Below are positions 10,315-20,372 of a stretch of 64,000 nt of DNA, in pieces. The translations under genes and the position numbers were made by a program. The notes below the pieces were generated by a model. The model had not been told where the DNA came from, ran no database searches, and was given only the letters and a program-made list of their open reading frames with translations. Location: the NCBI GenBank assembly GCA_963797885.1, contig CAWCRQ010000143.1:2349-66348 (forward strand), read 5' to 3'. Every line of letters starts with the position of its first letter. The first letter of the stretch is position 1. This DNA comes from an uncultured Acidobacteriaceae bacterium. Its GTDB lineage: Bacteria > Acidobacteriota > Terriglobia > Terriglobales > Acidobacteriaceae.

Positions 10315-10600
10315 GGCGGAACTGGAAACCGCCCGGCGCCCAAAATTGCCGCTTATCTTGTTGTCTTGTGCGACGGCGCCCTCTCGCTTATCGCCATGTC
10401 GCAGGAACGCAGGGGATTGCCTCCCAACGCTGTGCACTTCACAAATCCAGATATCGCCAAGGTGGCGGAAGCGTTTGGCGCGCACGGCAAGGTCTGCGAG
10501 ACCGCTTCCGAGGTGGAAACGGCAATCTTTCGGCTTGGACCAAACGCAGGCTCACCGTTATCCAAGCGATCGTCGATCCGGATCCGTACAGAGTTTAACT
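10315..10600 (+). pseudogene. Remnant of the C-terminal TPP-binding domain of an acetolactate-synthase-family enzyme
   Basis: ..LVVLCDGALSLIAMSQE..VHFTNPDIAKVAEAFGAHGKVCETASEVETAI.. then shifts frame to ..VIQAIVDPDPY. Only ~90 codons remain and there is no N-terminal part. Confidence 0.5.
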
Positions 10601-10739
10601 CCCTGTCGTCGGACACCATCGCCGAGGTTGCCCAGTCTCCCGCTTCCGCCCTTGCTCGTTTGTATTAACTGTGGTTAACTAAACAGAGTAATCGCCGGTT
10701 AACAGATAAAACCAGGGACACATTGCCGCTTTAGGGCAA

Positions 10740-13700
10740 ATGAGTGGGGTATTCATGGCGCGGGCAGCGCACTTTGCTTTTCTTATGTTGACGGTGGCGT
10801 GTCTTCTTCCGGTGAAAGCGCTGGCGCAAGGCGAAACCACGAGCGCCATTGTTGGCCAAGTTCGAGACACAACCAACGCCGTCGTAGCGGGCGCTACAGT
10901 GACGATCGCCAACCATGAGACCGGACTGAGGCGTAGCGCCAAGACCGATGATGCAGGCCGCTTCAACTTCCCGCAGTTAAAGCCGGGTGCCTATTCGGTC
11001 ACAGTGGAAGCGCGAGGCTTCGATCCGGGGCAAAACGACAACGTCGTTTCGGGCCTGGGCCAGAAACAAACCGTGGATTTTACGCTAAAGGTGGCCCGAT
11101 CCAGTGAGACGGTTGAGGTCGGCAGCGAGGCTCCAATCATCAATCCGGAAAACGCAAACACATCCACGACCCTGAATGCGCCGGCACTGGAGGACCTGCC
11201 GAATCCGGGCGGCGACCTGACCTACCCTCTGCAATTTGCGCCTGGAGCCCTCATCAATACGGCGGGTAGCAGCAACGACTTCGTCGGCGGCACAAACGGC
11301 TATGGCAACGTGGAGTTTAATGGACTGCCCGCCCTCTCCAACGGCTACATCGTTGACGGGCTGGAAACGAACGACCCGCTCACTAATTTAAACAGCGGCC
11401 TTTCCACCAACCTCGTCCTGGGATTGAATTCGATTTCAGAGGTGACGGTCAACACTCTTTCTTATTCCGTGGATCAAGGACGGTATGGAGCATCCCAAAT
11501 CGACTACGTCACCAAGTCTGGCACGAATCGGTTTCACGGGAATCTCTACGAACTGTGGAATGGTTCGCTACTGAATGCGGCGGACTACTTCACCAATGCG
11601 ACGCCGGGGAACCACAAGCCCAGATCAACCGTGAACCATTTTGGGGGTAGTGTGGGCGGTCCGATTGCGCACGACAGACTCTTTTTCTTCTTTGACAGCG
11701 AATGGGTTCGGATCGCACTGCCGATCGTCACGCCCGCGATTGTTCCCAGTCCCAGTGTGCTGTTCCAAACCTACGTCTTGGGGCAACTTAACTCAGGTCG
11801 AACAAGCGACTGCGTGTCTAGCGGGCCAAATAAGAATTGCTACCCCGCCGCGCCCCAAGAGGTTGATTTTTATGAGCAGATTTTCAAGCTCTATGGAAAT
11901 GCAAGCGGCACACCCACCCAGGTACTCTGGTGTCCTTTCAATTCAGACGGCACTCCGGCACCGGGCAATCCGCCGAATGGAAACGGTTGCGCCATCCGCC
12001 AGAGCGTCTCCCATTCCAGCGACGACCATGAGCAGGTACAGACGGTCCGCGTTGACTACAACGTCAACGAGAAGGACACCGCATGGTTTCGTTTTCAGGC
12101 GGACACCGGTTTGCAAGCCGCATACACGGACCCCATCAATCCGGTGTTCAATGCGTTTTCGCCGCAGCCTCTCTACTCGCTTGCCGCGGGATACACGCAC
12201 GTCTTCTCGCAGAACCTGGTGAACTACTTCAATCCGGCGTTCTCCTGGTACGAGAGCCTGTTTGGGCCCAGCAACCTGCAGAAGACACTTTCGGCGTTCC
12301 CGATCGTGTTGCAGGGCAGCGGCGCGAATGCCTTCACGCCCATGGGAGGGCTTGACAACACCTGGATTCAAGGGCGGCGCGCATCCCGCTTTTTCATCAA
12401 CGACAATCTCGCCTGGAGCCGTGGCGCTCACGAACTGCGGTTCGGAACCAATACCCGTATCTTCCGGCTGAACGACTACGACTTTGGAGAAGGCACAGTT
12501 CCCACCGTGACCTACGCGAACTTGCAGCAATTTATCTATGGAGTAGCGAACACCGTGTCGGAGACGTTCCCTTCGAACGCGAATGAGCCCTTCAACTTTC
12601 TCAACCTCGATGTCTACGCGCAAGACACTTGGAAAGTGACTCGCACGCTGACCTGGACGTTCGGTTTGCGGGAGACCTTCAACTCCAATCCATTGAATCC
12701 GCATGATCAAGTCGCACGTCTTAGAGGTCCCTTCGGTTCCGATGTCAATCTACCGCTGAACGCCGCGATTCAAACTCATCTTGGCAATCTGTTCTCGTCC
12801 ACACCGGTGGCCATTCTGCAGCCAAGGATGGCGATTGCGTGGCAATTCGAGCCGAAATCCGTGCTCCGCACCGGCTTTGGGATTTTCAGCGACATCTTGC
12901 CGGGCACGGTGGCCGACCTGATCGGCACCAATCCTCCCTACGACAAGACGTTTCAGGGAGGAGCGCTTGGCAGCGTGGGCAAAGCCGGATCCGCGGGCTG
13001 CGACCCGCAATTCGGCTGCATAGCAATCGCGCCGGGAGTGACGAACAGCGCAGTGGGCGCAATCGTTGCCGCGAATCAGACTTTTACTTCGGGATTTCCC
13101 CAGGGCCAGTCTTCTCTTCCGCCACCTGCGATCACAGCCATCCCGGATGGCAAGCTCCACGCGCCGTACTTCATGGAGTGGAGCCTGGGGATTGAACATC
13201 AAATCGGAACGACCGCCAGCCTAAAAGCGCAATACGTGGGCACGCGGGCCGTGAACCAGCCGTACTCAACCCAAGTCAACGGCTACCAAACCGTGTGCCA
13301 GGGGTGTTTTGCGCCGTTCCCTTACATGCAGCCTACCGACCCACGATTCGGCGCGGTGACGCAGTTCTCCACCGGCGCGAACAGTCACTACAACGGCCTT
13401 CAACTGACCGCGATGAAGCGGCTCGGCCATGGCTTGCAAGGACAGGTCAACTACACCTGGAGCCGTTGCATGGATACGGTCTCGAACGGAGGGTTCCTTC
13501 CGTTTTCCGCAGGAGGAATTCTCTCGCCTCTGCCGGGAGACTTGGCCCGCGACTATGGTCCCTGCGACTATGACATCCGGCACAATCTCAACGCGCAGTA
13601 CGTGTATCAGTTGCCGGTTCGAGTGCGTAATCATTCTCTGGGATACGCGCTCAACGGCTGGCAGATTTCTGGAACAGCGTTTTGGCGTAGCGGAGTTCCG

Positions 13701-14258
13701 TTCTCGGTGCTGAGCACGCCTTATTCAGCTATCAATCAAAGCACCGGGCAGGAAGAGGGAATTGTGCAGGGCAGTGGGCCGCAGTTCGCAAGTCTTGTGC
13801 CGGGAGTGGATCCCTATTGCCGTCATTGCCGCCTTCCCGCTACCCCAGCGGGCACAATTCAATGGCTCAATCCGGATGCCTTCGTCTCGGCGGTCGATCC
13901 AAGCACAGGGCTGTGCAATGGCGGCGACAGCCCGCAGACCTGCCAATTCGGTAACCTCGGCCGTAACGCCCTGCGCGGTCCCGATTTCCTCTGGAGCGAC
14001 TTCTACCTGACAAAATGGTTCCCCTTGAGCGAGCATGTGAAACTGCGATTTGAGGGTCAGTTCTTTAATGTCTTCAACCATCCGAATTTTGCGCTTCCCA
14101 ACATGGTGCAGGCCGGCATTCCAGGAAAACCTTCCACGCAAAGTGGATTTGGAGCGCTCACCTACACGACCTCTCCTCCGACCGGCTTGCTGGGCGTCGG
14201 TTTAGGTGGCGATAACAGTCCGCGCATGATCGCTTTTCAGGTGCGGTTGGAGTTCTGA
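10740..14258 (+). CDS. TonB-dependent receptor with N-terminal carboxypeptidase-regulatory-like domain
   Basis: Signal peptide present. IVGQVRDTTNAVVAGATVTIANHETGLRRSAKTDDAGRFNFPQLKPGAYSVTV matches CarboxypepD_reg. Long beta-barrel body ending ..FQVRLEF (C-terminal Phe). Confidence 0.85.
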   Translation: MSGVFMARAAHFAFLMLTVACLLPVKALAQGETTSAIVGQVRDTTNAVVAGATVTIANHETGLRRSAKTDDAGRFNFPQLKPGAYSVTVEARGFDPGQNDNVVSGLGQKQTVDFTLKVARSSETVEVGSEAPIINPENANTSTTLNAPALEDLPNPGGDLTYPLQFAPGALINTAGSSNDFVGGTNGYGNVEFNGLPALSNGYIVDGLETNDPLTNLNSGLSTNLVLGLNSISEVTVNTLSYSVDQGRYGASQIDYVTKSGTNRFHGNLYELWNGSLLNAADYFTNATPGNHKPRSTVNHFGGSVGGPIAHDRLFFFFDSEWVRIALPIVTPAIVPSPSVLFQTYVLGQLNSGRTSDCVSSGPNKNCYPAAPQEVDFYEQIFKLYGNASGTPTQVLWCPFNSDGTPAPGNPPNGNGCAIRQSVSHSSDDHEQVQTVRVDYNVNEKDTAWFRFQADTGLQAAYTDPINPVFNAFSPQPLYSLAAGYTHVFSQNLVNYFNPAFSWYESLFGPSNLQKTLSAFPIVLQGSGANAFTPMGGLDNTWIQGRRASRFFINDNLAWSRGAHELRFGTNTRIFRLNDYDFGEGTVPTVTYANLQQFIYGVANTVSETFPSNANEPFNFLNLDVYAQDTWKVTRTLTWTFGLRETFNSNPLNPHDQVARLRGPFGSDVNLPLNAAIQTHLGNLFSSTPVAILQPRMAIAWQFEPKSVLRTGFGIFSDILPGTVADLIGTNPPYDKTFQGGALGSVGKAGSAGCDPQFGCIAIAPGVTNSAVGAIVAANQTFTSGFPQGQSSLPPPAITAIPDGKLHAPYFMEWSLGIEHQIGTTASLKAQYVGTRAVNQPYSTQVNGYQTVCQGCFAPFPYMQPTDPRFGAVTQFSTGANSHYNGLQLTAMKRLGHGLQGQVNYTWSRCMDTVSNGGFLPFSAGGILSPLPGDLARDYGPCDYDIRHNLNAQYVYQLPVRVRNHSLGYALNGWQISGTAFWRSGVPFSVLSTPYSAINQSTGQEEGIVQGSGPQFASLVPGVDPYCRHCRLPATPAGTIQWLNPDAFVSAVDPSTGLCNGGDSPQTCQFGNLGRNALRGPDFLWSDFYLTKWFPLSEHVKLRFEGQFFNVFNHPNFALPNMVQAGIPGKPSTQSGFGALTYTTSPPTGLLGVGLGGDNSPRMIAFQVRLEF

Positions 14259-14306
14259 GCGTGCCCAACCAGTCGAAGATGTGGTGAAAGGAAGCCGCTC
14301 GTCTCG

Positions 14307-15725
14307 CTAGAGCGACCGCAGGAAATCGATGATTTCCTGCTGTTCCTGAGTGCTCAGCTTATTGAAATGTTCGACGACCTTATTTGCTTCGCTGCCAGGG
14401 CTCTGGTGGTCTCTGATGGCGTCTACCAGGTTGCTGGTTCGTCCGTCATGGAGGAAGAAGACGCGTTGTCCGACGCCCCAGAGGGGAGCGGTTCGGAACT
14501 CGTCGGGGCCGGCGCCGCCTTGCGTGATGCCGTCGGCGAGGCCTTTGCCCATGTGGTGGACGAGCAGGTCAGAGAAAAGATTCGCCGTCTGCTTGGAAAG
14601 CGCAGCACTCGGGCTGGTCGAGGAGCCGCTCGCAATCATTGTGCCCGTGGTAAAAGACGGCGTATGGCAGTGAACACAGCCGATCTTTGCAAAAGTGGCG
14701 CGGCCCTTTTCTGTCGTGGGTGTGGCGGGAGCGGGGGTAGGCGGGGCCAGCATCCGCATGAAGTTGCCGAAAGCTTCGATGTCCGAAATGACCGCCGGAT
14801 TCGACTGAGCAGTAGTGGTGGGAGTCGTCGTGAAGTTTAGTGTGTCGTTTGGCGTGGGGATGAAGAGACAGCCCGGGGTTTCGTCGCGCTCTTGCGGGAA
14901 AAGCTGGTTCGAAATGCCCATCTCGACGTTGTAGGCCTCGCCCGCGAACATGAGAAGTGATTTGTTCTGCGCCTTCCACCCGAAACGCGTAATGGTCCCA
15001 TCGTTTGCACTCAGGTTCACATTCCCGCTCAAGTGTGAGTTGGCGTGCCCGGAAATACCCAAGGCCGACTTCAGGGATGCGTCGGCATGCATATTCGCAA
15101 GGATGGCCGAGTCGGGAATCGCTTCTATCAGTCCCGCGCCAAAGACAGGAGTCGGGATGCGGAAAATTATGTTCGAATTCCCGCCCTGGCCCGTGAGCGG
15201 ATTGCCCGCCGGCAGAAAATCGAATTGGGCGATGTTGCAACCGGGAGCGTCACTTCGGCCGGTAATCACGAAGAGGTCGTGCACCTCGCCGTCGGCGGCT
15301 CCGTTGCTCTTCTTAAACCGCGCTTCGCGGATGGGACCATTTGGCACGATGAACCACGGCACCGTGTTCTTCGCCCCATTCAGGCTGGCGACTGCAGGCA
15401 GGGGATTTTTCGCCGGACTGGTTCCGCCGGCATCCGGCTGGGAGTGGCAAGAGAAACACTGGTTGGAGTTGAAGCGGGGACCGAGGCCGTTGTTCGCGCC
15501 GTTGGCCACAACCTCGACCTCAGCGAACCTCGCCTGCCCATCCAGGAAGAAAGCAGTTTCGTCCGCAGTAAGACCCTTCAACGGAGTGCCAGCACCCGCC
15601 GGGCCACCGCGTACGCCCGGATCCACCGGGGCTGATTTAGCTTGACCCAAAGTGTAGACGCATGTGGCCAGAGCCACAGCAACGATTCCGCTGAAACTCT
15701 TGAGTGCAATTCCCCGGAGCATCAT
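14307..15725 (-). CDS. Di-haem cytochrome c family protein (DUF1111 / putative thiol oxidoreductase-peroxidase type)
   Basis: Two CxxCH motifs (CFSCHS, CVHCHT) and a signal peptide MMLRGIALKSFSGIVAVALA. The track ORF extends to 15839; GGAGGA precedes the 15725-15731 starts. Confidence 0.8.
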   Translation of the reverse strand: MMLRGIALKSFSGIVAVALATCVYTLGQAKSAPVDPGVRGGPAGAGTPLKGLTADETAFFLDGQARFAEVEVVANGANNGLGPRFNSNQCFSCHSQPDAGGTSPAKNPLPAVASLNGAKNTVPWFIVPNGPIREARFKKSNGAADGEVHDLFVITGRSDAPGCNIAQFDFLPAGNPLTGQGGNSNIIFRIPTPVFGAGLIEAIPDSAILANMHADASLKSALGISGHANSHLSGNVNLSANDGTITRFGWKAQNKSLLMFAGEAYNVEMGISNQLFPQERDETPGCLFIPTPNDTLNFTTTPTTTAQSNPAVISDIEAFGNFMRMLAPPTPAPATPTTEKGRATFAKIGCVHCHTPSFTTGTMIASGSSTSPSAALSKQTANLFSDLLVHHMGKGLADGITQGGAGPDEFRTAPLWGVGQRVFFLHDGRTSNLVDAIRDHQSPGSEANKVVEHFNKLSTQEQQEIIDFLRSL

Positions 15726-15944
15726 CAGCACGATTTCCTCCGTTGACCCAGGAATGCGGGTATTGTACACCGGGTCTAAGTCATAGACCCCTGAATGACA
15801 ACCCTTCCATAATCCAGTAAGAGGAGGGTTGCCGACCACACAGGAACAGTCGCTTTCTTGCCGTTGCGTGCTGCTGAGCGCACAATGGCTGGCGGAAAGT
15901 GGGTAGGAGAATCGTTAGGCGCTGAATCTGGGGGAGGGATGCGA

Positions 15945-17879
15945 ATGAACGGCAAAGGCCGAGATCGTGAATTGGGTATGGGGCGCGAGATCACCCGCCG
16001 CGATTTCCTGAATGGAATAACCATCGCCGTTGGAACGTCCCTCCTTGCAGCAAATTCCACCTGGCTGGAAGCCTTTGGCGTGCCCCAATCGCCATTCGTC
16101 CCGGAGAAGGATCCCGTTTATTACCCGCCTGCTAAGACTGGCCTTCGCGGCAGTCACGATGGTTCTTGGGAAGTTGCGCATGACTTGCGCGATGGCAGGG
16201 ACAAAGCCTGGGCTGAGTCCGTGGATGAGGGTGAGTCGTACGATCTGGTCGTTGTCGGTGCTGGAATCAGCGGTCTGGCGGCGGCTTACCTCTATCGCAA
16301 GTTGGTTGGCAAACAGGCCAAGATTCTACTCCTCGACAATCACGATGATTTCGGCGGGCACGCCACGCGCAATGAATTCCAGGCAGGAAAACGATTGCTG
16401 CTCGGATACGGTGGGACCCAGTCCATCGAGGCGCCGGGCAATTACAGCAAGGAGTCGATGGGGCTTTTGCAAGAGCTGGGAATCGACGTGCGGCGCTTCT
16501 TCAAGTACTACGACCAAAAGTTGTTTGGCTCGATGCATCTGCAAGAAGCCGTCTTCTTCGATAAAGAAACATTTGGCACAGACCGCCTGGTGCCCCAGAA
16601 GGGCCTCCACTATTTCGGCGTCGACTTTACACTGGAGAATGTCTCCCAGATGCCAATCGCAGAAGCCGCCCGCAAGGATCTCATCCGTCTGCAGCACGCC
16701 CGCGTCGATTACATGCCAGGCCTTACTCCGAAGCAGAAAAGAGCCAAGCTGATCAAGACCAGCTACAAAGATTTCCTGCTGCAATCGGTCAAGGTCCATC
16801 CCGATGTGGTCAAAGTGTTCCAGAGCTCGACCCACGATATCTATGCCGTCGGAATTGATGCTGTTTCGGCGTATGACTGCGCGAGTGAAGGATTTCCAGG
16901 CTTCAAGGGAATGAATCTCCCCAAGAACCATGAAGAAAATCCTGAACAGGATGAGCCCTACATCTTCCATTTTCCAGACGGCAACGCTTCCATTGCCAGA
17001 ATGCTGGTGCGATCCCTGGTGCCCGGTGCTCTTCCCGGCCACACCATGGAAGACATCGTCACTGCCCGGGCAAACTATGCTCGCCTGGATGATGCCTCCT
17101 CCACCGTTCGCATTCGCCTGAACAGTACCGCGGTGAGAGCCAAGCACATCGGAGATCCAGATCCAAAGACGGCGAAGGAAGTCGAAGTAACCTACGTTCG
17201 CGGCGGACAGGCCCACCGGGTCCGCGGCGCGAACTGCGTGCTCGCTTGCTACAACACGGTCATTCCCTATTTGTGTCCGGAGATGTCAGACAAACAAAAG
17301 GAAGCTCTCGCTTACTGTGTGAAGGCTCCTCTGGTCTACACGAACGTGCAAATCAGCAACTGGAAAGCATTTCAGAAACTCGGCCTTAGCGCGATCTACG
17401 CTCCGGGAGCATACTTCAGCAACGTTACATTGGATTTCCCGGTTTCCATGGGCGACTACCACTTTCCCAGTTCGCCGGATGAATCCTGCCTGCTTCACCT
17501 TCTTCGCACTCCCTGCGAGCCTGGCCTGAATTGCAAGGACCAGTACCGGGCAGGACGGTGGGAACTGGTCAACACGAAATTCGAGACCTTCGAGCGTCAG
17601 GTACGAGATCAACTTGGTCGCACACTCTCAGCCGGCGGTTTCGATCCCGCTCGCGACATTCAGGCAATTACGGTCAACCGCTGGCCTCACGGATATGCCT
17701 ACGAGTACAACGCATTGTTCGAGCCTCTCGACCGGCCGGCGTCCGAACGTCCGTGTGTGATTGGCCGACAGCCCTTCGGGAGAATCAAGATCGCGAACTC
17801 GGACGCTGACGGTCATGCCTACACCAATACCGCCATCGATCAGGGCTATCGCGCCGTGCGAGAGATCGTCGGAGCATGA
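15945..17879 (+). CDS. Tat-exported FAD/NAD(P)-binding amine-oxidase-like oxidoreductase (spermidine dehydrogenase-like family)
   Basis: Twin-arginine motif ITRRDFLNG and dinucleotide fold YDLVVVGAGISGLAAAY..LLLDNHDDFGGH. RBS GGGGAGGG lies upstream of ATG 15939/15945. Confidence 0.75.
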   Translation: MNGKGRDRELGMGREITRRDFLNGITIAVGTSLLAANSTWLEAFGVPQSPFVPEKDPVYYPPAKTGLRGSHDGSWEVAHDLRDGRDKAWAESVDEGESYDLVVVGAGISGLAAAYLYRKLVGKQAKILLLDNHDDFGGHATRNEFQAGKRLLLGYGGTQSIEAPGNYSKESMGLLQELGIDVRRFFKYYDQKLFGSMHLQEAVFFDKETFGTDRLVPQKGLHYFGVDFTLENVSQMPIAEAARKDLIRLQHARVDYMPGLTPKQKRAKLIKTSYKDFLLQSVKVHPDVVKVFQSSTHDIYAVGIDAVSAYDCASEGFPGFKGMNLPKNHEENPEQDEPYIFHFPDGNASIARMLVRSLVPGALPGHTMEDIVTARANYARLDDASSTVRIRLNSTAVRAKHIGDPDPKTAKEVEVTYVRGGQAHRVRGANCVLACYNTVIPYLCPEMSDKQKEALAYCVKAPLVYTNVQISNWKAFQKLGLSAIYAPGAYFSNVTLDFPVSMGDYHFPSSPDESCLLHLLRTPCEPGLNCKDQYRAGRWELVNTKFETFERQVRDQLGRTLSAGGFDPARDIQAITVNRWPHGYAYEYNALFEPLDRPASERPCVIGRQPFGRIKIANSDADGHAYTNTAIDQGYRAVREIVGA

Positions 17880-17974
17880 GCCTCGGAGAACTTAACGGTT
17901 GACCCAATCGTCTAAAGTGTGCTGCTGGCACTCGGCTTGCCATTTGCAATCAACTTCCTGCACTGACGGCGCGT

Positions 17975-18190
17975 TTGACTTGGTCATTGGCGCAGTGGTC
18001 AACCGGAGGTTCTAGGCGATGGACGAGCAACTCGGAAGTAATCTCGGAGGTCGAGATCACGAAGGGCGATCCTCTTTTAGTCGATGCAGCTAAGAATGCG
18101 TTCTCGAAGTGGCGGTACACCCCATTCATGAATTGTGGGCAGCCGATGGAAAAGCGGATCCTGGAGCAAGTAAAGTGCACTCCCCTATAG
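17975..18190 (+). pseudogene. TonB C-terminal domain remnant
   Basis: ..VEITKGDPLLVDAAKNAFSKWRYTPFMNCGQPME.. resembles the TonB_C motif (SG.p.LD.AA..AV..W+y.P...nG.PV). No N-terminal or Pro-rich part is present. Confidence 0.4.
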
Positions 18191-18208
18191 AATGCATGAC
18201 TTGTCAAT

Positions 18209-18371
18209 TGTCGCAACCAAGCGTGGTTGTTGAAAAACTCTTTTCTGGGCATTTCAACAACGAAGTTCATTCGTAACTTATTGAATATTCGTTCGCCGTA
18301 GACACTGAAATTCGCTGAAATTACTGCTTTGGTTCCTTTTTCAACACCCACAAGCGTTAGCACTCAAAACC
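18209..18371 (-). repeat. ~163-nt MITE-like repeat, copy A (inverted relative to copy B at 59046-59209)
   Basis: The reverse complement aligns by eye along its whole length with 59046-59209; the first ~60 nt are almost identical. Internal imperfect terminal inverted repeats are GTGGGTGTTGAAAAAGG ... TTTTTCAACAACCACGC. Confidence 0.7.
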
Positions 18372-18527
18372 CCTGTCAATGAGCGATATGGCGATTTTTC
18401 GCCAGTAATCCGGGGTGCCCACATGGAAGACAATTCCACAGAATCCACTCCCACGTGCAGTCTTGTGACGAACATCACAGCGTCACGTGCGACTCTTCAC
18501 TTATATTCTGTTTGAAGGACCAATCTC

Positions 18528-18956
18528 ATGGCATCGCCATCTCGCCCCGAGATTCCAAACAACTTCCGATTTGAGTTCGATCCAGTGAACAAACTCTTGC
18601 TGTTCCGATATGAGGGACGGCTCACGGATGAATCGCTTGCAGAGTCTTACCGGGCGACTCGAAAATATTCGACCGAGACCGATGCCAGTGCGGGGATTTG
18701 GGACTTGTCATCCGTTACTGAGTTTGCCGTATCCACCGAATTTATACGTCAGCTTGCAAATCAAGAACCGGCCATGTCGGACGCGACCAGGCGCCCTCGC
18801 GTTATCGTTGCCCCAGACGCAGTTGGATTTGGTCTATCTCGCATGTTTCAGCTCATAGGAGAGCCTACACGGCCCCTCCTGAATGTCGTTCGCACCCTGG
18901 ACGAGGCGCTGGCAGCACTCGGCGTTCAATCCCCACACTTCGAACCTTTAGAGTGA
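18528..18956 (+). CDS. Hypothetical protein (STAS/SpoIIAA-like size and pattern, unverified)
   Basis: 142-aa ORF with clean ATG and plausible globular composition. No diagnostic motif recognised. Confidence 0.45.
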   Translation: MASPSRPEIPNNFRFEFDPVNKLLLFRYEGRLTDESLAESYRATRKYSTETDASAGIWDLSSVTEFAVSTEFIRQLANQEPAMSDATRRPRVIVAPDAVGFGLSRMFQLIGEPTRPLLNVVRTLDEALAALGVQSPHFEPLE

Positions 18957-18981
18957 TCGTCAGGTCAGTTGACGAAAACAG

Positions 18982-19001
18982 GCGTGGGTGTTGAAAAAGG
19001 A
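18982..19001 (+). repeat. Solo copy of the MITE-like terminal repeat
   Basis: GCGTGGGTGTTGAAAAAGGA matches the terminal inverted repeat of the 18209-18371 and 59046-59209 elements. No partner arm is nearby. Confidence 0.4.
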
Positions 19002-19203
19002 GCACTGGAAAGAGAGCTTGCCTCGTCAGCAACCACTCCAGTGGGACGCCGCTGTGGGATAGTGTCCAGCAGATACAATCCTGTTGGCCCCTGAGCAGCC
19101 TTCTCCACTGGGAACACCGCTTCCATCCATCCCAGCTTGTCCTCGGGATATTGGCGACTCGAACTTCGGGGTTGGTGACGGGTTCCGTTCTATACTGCGC
19201 GAT

Positions 19204-19446
19204 ATGACGGAAAAGAAGACCGACCGTAGTGCCTGCCGTTTCACAGTCCAGCAAGCGAAAGATGGAAAGCCTTTCCTTGCCGTACACCTTTACCGCGACA
19301 CCATTCCGGTGCTGAGGGAATTATCGTTTGGATTTGACCTGCTTCGAGGCACGCAGGTCGAGGACGCCAAGAAGCTCGCCGAGATGCTGAACGAGCACGT
19401 TCTTGACATGTTTGTGACGACGGGGGAGAAAGCGTCTCCGGCATAG
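19204..19446 (+). CDS. Small hypothetical protein (80 aa)
   Basis: MTEKKTDRSACRFTVQQAKDGKPFLAVHLYRD.. is the inner ATG of track ORF 19084-19446. No homology recognised. Confidence 0.3.
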   Translation: MTEKKTDRSACRFTVQQAKDGKPFLAVHLYRDTIPVLRELSFGFDLLRGTQVEDAKKLAEMLNEHVLDMFVTTGEKASPA

Positions 19447-19520
19447 GGATGGGGCTGGAAGTTGGAATTCGCCGATCAGTGCTCTGTAGGTATTCGGAGT
19501 GACCATCGAGCTGCAACGAG

Positions 19521-20087
19521 TCAAGACACGCGCAGACTCCGGAGCGAGGCGCGAGCCGCTCCTCGACTGATGTCGGGCACAATGACCAATTCAAGAACCG
19601 TGACACCCGAGAGTTCAACCCGATACTCCTCGACCTCGCGTATTGAGTTAGGGGGACTGAAATTCCACTGCTGGCGCACAATTTCTCGAAACGAGCGCCC
19701 GCCATCCCCAGACCATCGCAAGACGAACTCTTGGGTACGCGCTGTCTCGGTTTCTTCGAAGGCGAGCGAGATGCGATTGAGTCTTTGCGGCTGGTCGAAG
19801 ATTAGCCGGATGGTCTGAGCGCCGGAATCGGCGGCCCGCCAGCCCCGCGTTTCTCCTGAGACCAGCGCAGACTCGACTGGATAATCCTTTTCTTCCGATG
19901 TGACTTCGACCATCGCTACACCGTCGAGGTCCAGCCAGCCTATGTCGGGAGCCGGAGCATCCTTCGGAATCGGCGTGATTAGGCGCTTGCGCACAACGCT
20001 AGTGTACTCCGGCCCTGCTCTGGCGATCCAAGTGTGCCCCGAAGCGCCTGCACCAAGACCGTCAGTGGAGTTGCGCAAACTGGTCAA
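19521..20087 (-). CDS. Hypothetical protein, possible discoidin/galactose-binding-like domain
   Basis: 188-aa ORF. ..VESALVSGETRGWRAADSGAQTIRLIFDQPQRLNRISLAFEE.. resembles F5/8 type C-like beta-sandwich proteins. Confidence 0.45.
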   Translation of the reverse strand: MTSLRNSTDGLGAGASGHTWIARAGPEYTSVVRKRLITPIPKDAPAPDIGWLDLDGVAMVEVTSEEKDYPVESALVSGETRGWRAADSGAQTIRLIFDQPQRLNRISLAFEETETARTQEFVLRWSGDGGRSFREIVRQQWNFSPPNSIREVEEYRVELSGVTVLELVIVPDISRGAARASLRSLRVS

Positions 20088-20372
20088 TATTGAACAGTTT
20101 TGGCTGATTCGTATCGGGTATTGTCGGCTATGTCGGGCTTTCGAACAGAGGCGGCCTGCGCTTACTAATCAAGAAGAATCGTGGGATAAGGTCGTCTCAC
20201 CGGAATTAGGCATTCAGAACACACCACAACGTACTGTGGCCTCGGCCTCCGAAACGGCAGCGCATTCGACTGAATGTAAACGTTCGAATCGTTTTCTGCC
20301 GGCCAGTTTGTAGAAGTGGCAAGAAGGTTGTACCGTTGTACCAACGGGCATTAGCTTTTGGAGGAAACCCAC

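Noticed and set aside
10640-10740. Repeated GTTAAC-containing sequence upstream of the TonB-dependent receptor as a Fur box
   Set aside because: It does not match the GATAATGATAATCATTATC consensus beyond AT-richness. No supportable call can be made.
17950-18363. ORFs 17950-18363 (-) and 59054-59413 (+) sharing the peptide VGVEKGTKAVISANFSV as a possible small protein family
   Set aside because: The similarity is confined to the ~163-nt repeat, includes its inverted-repeat termini and decays outside it. The flanking ORF parts are unrelated. This is better explained as a non-coding repeat.
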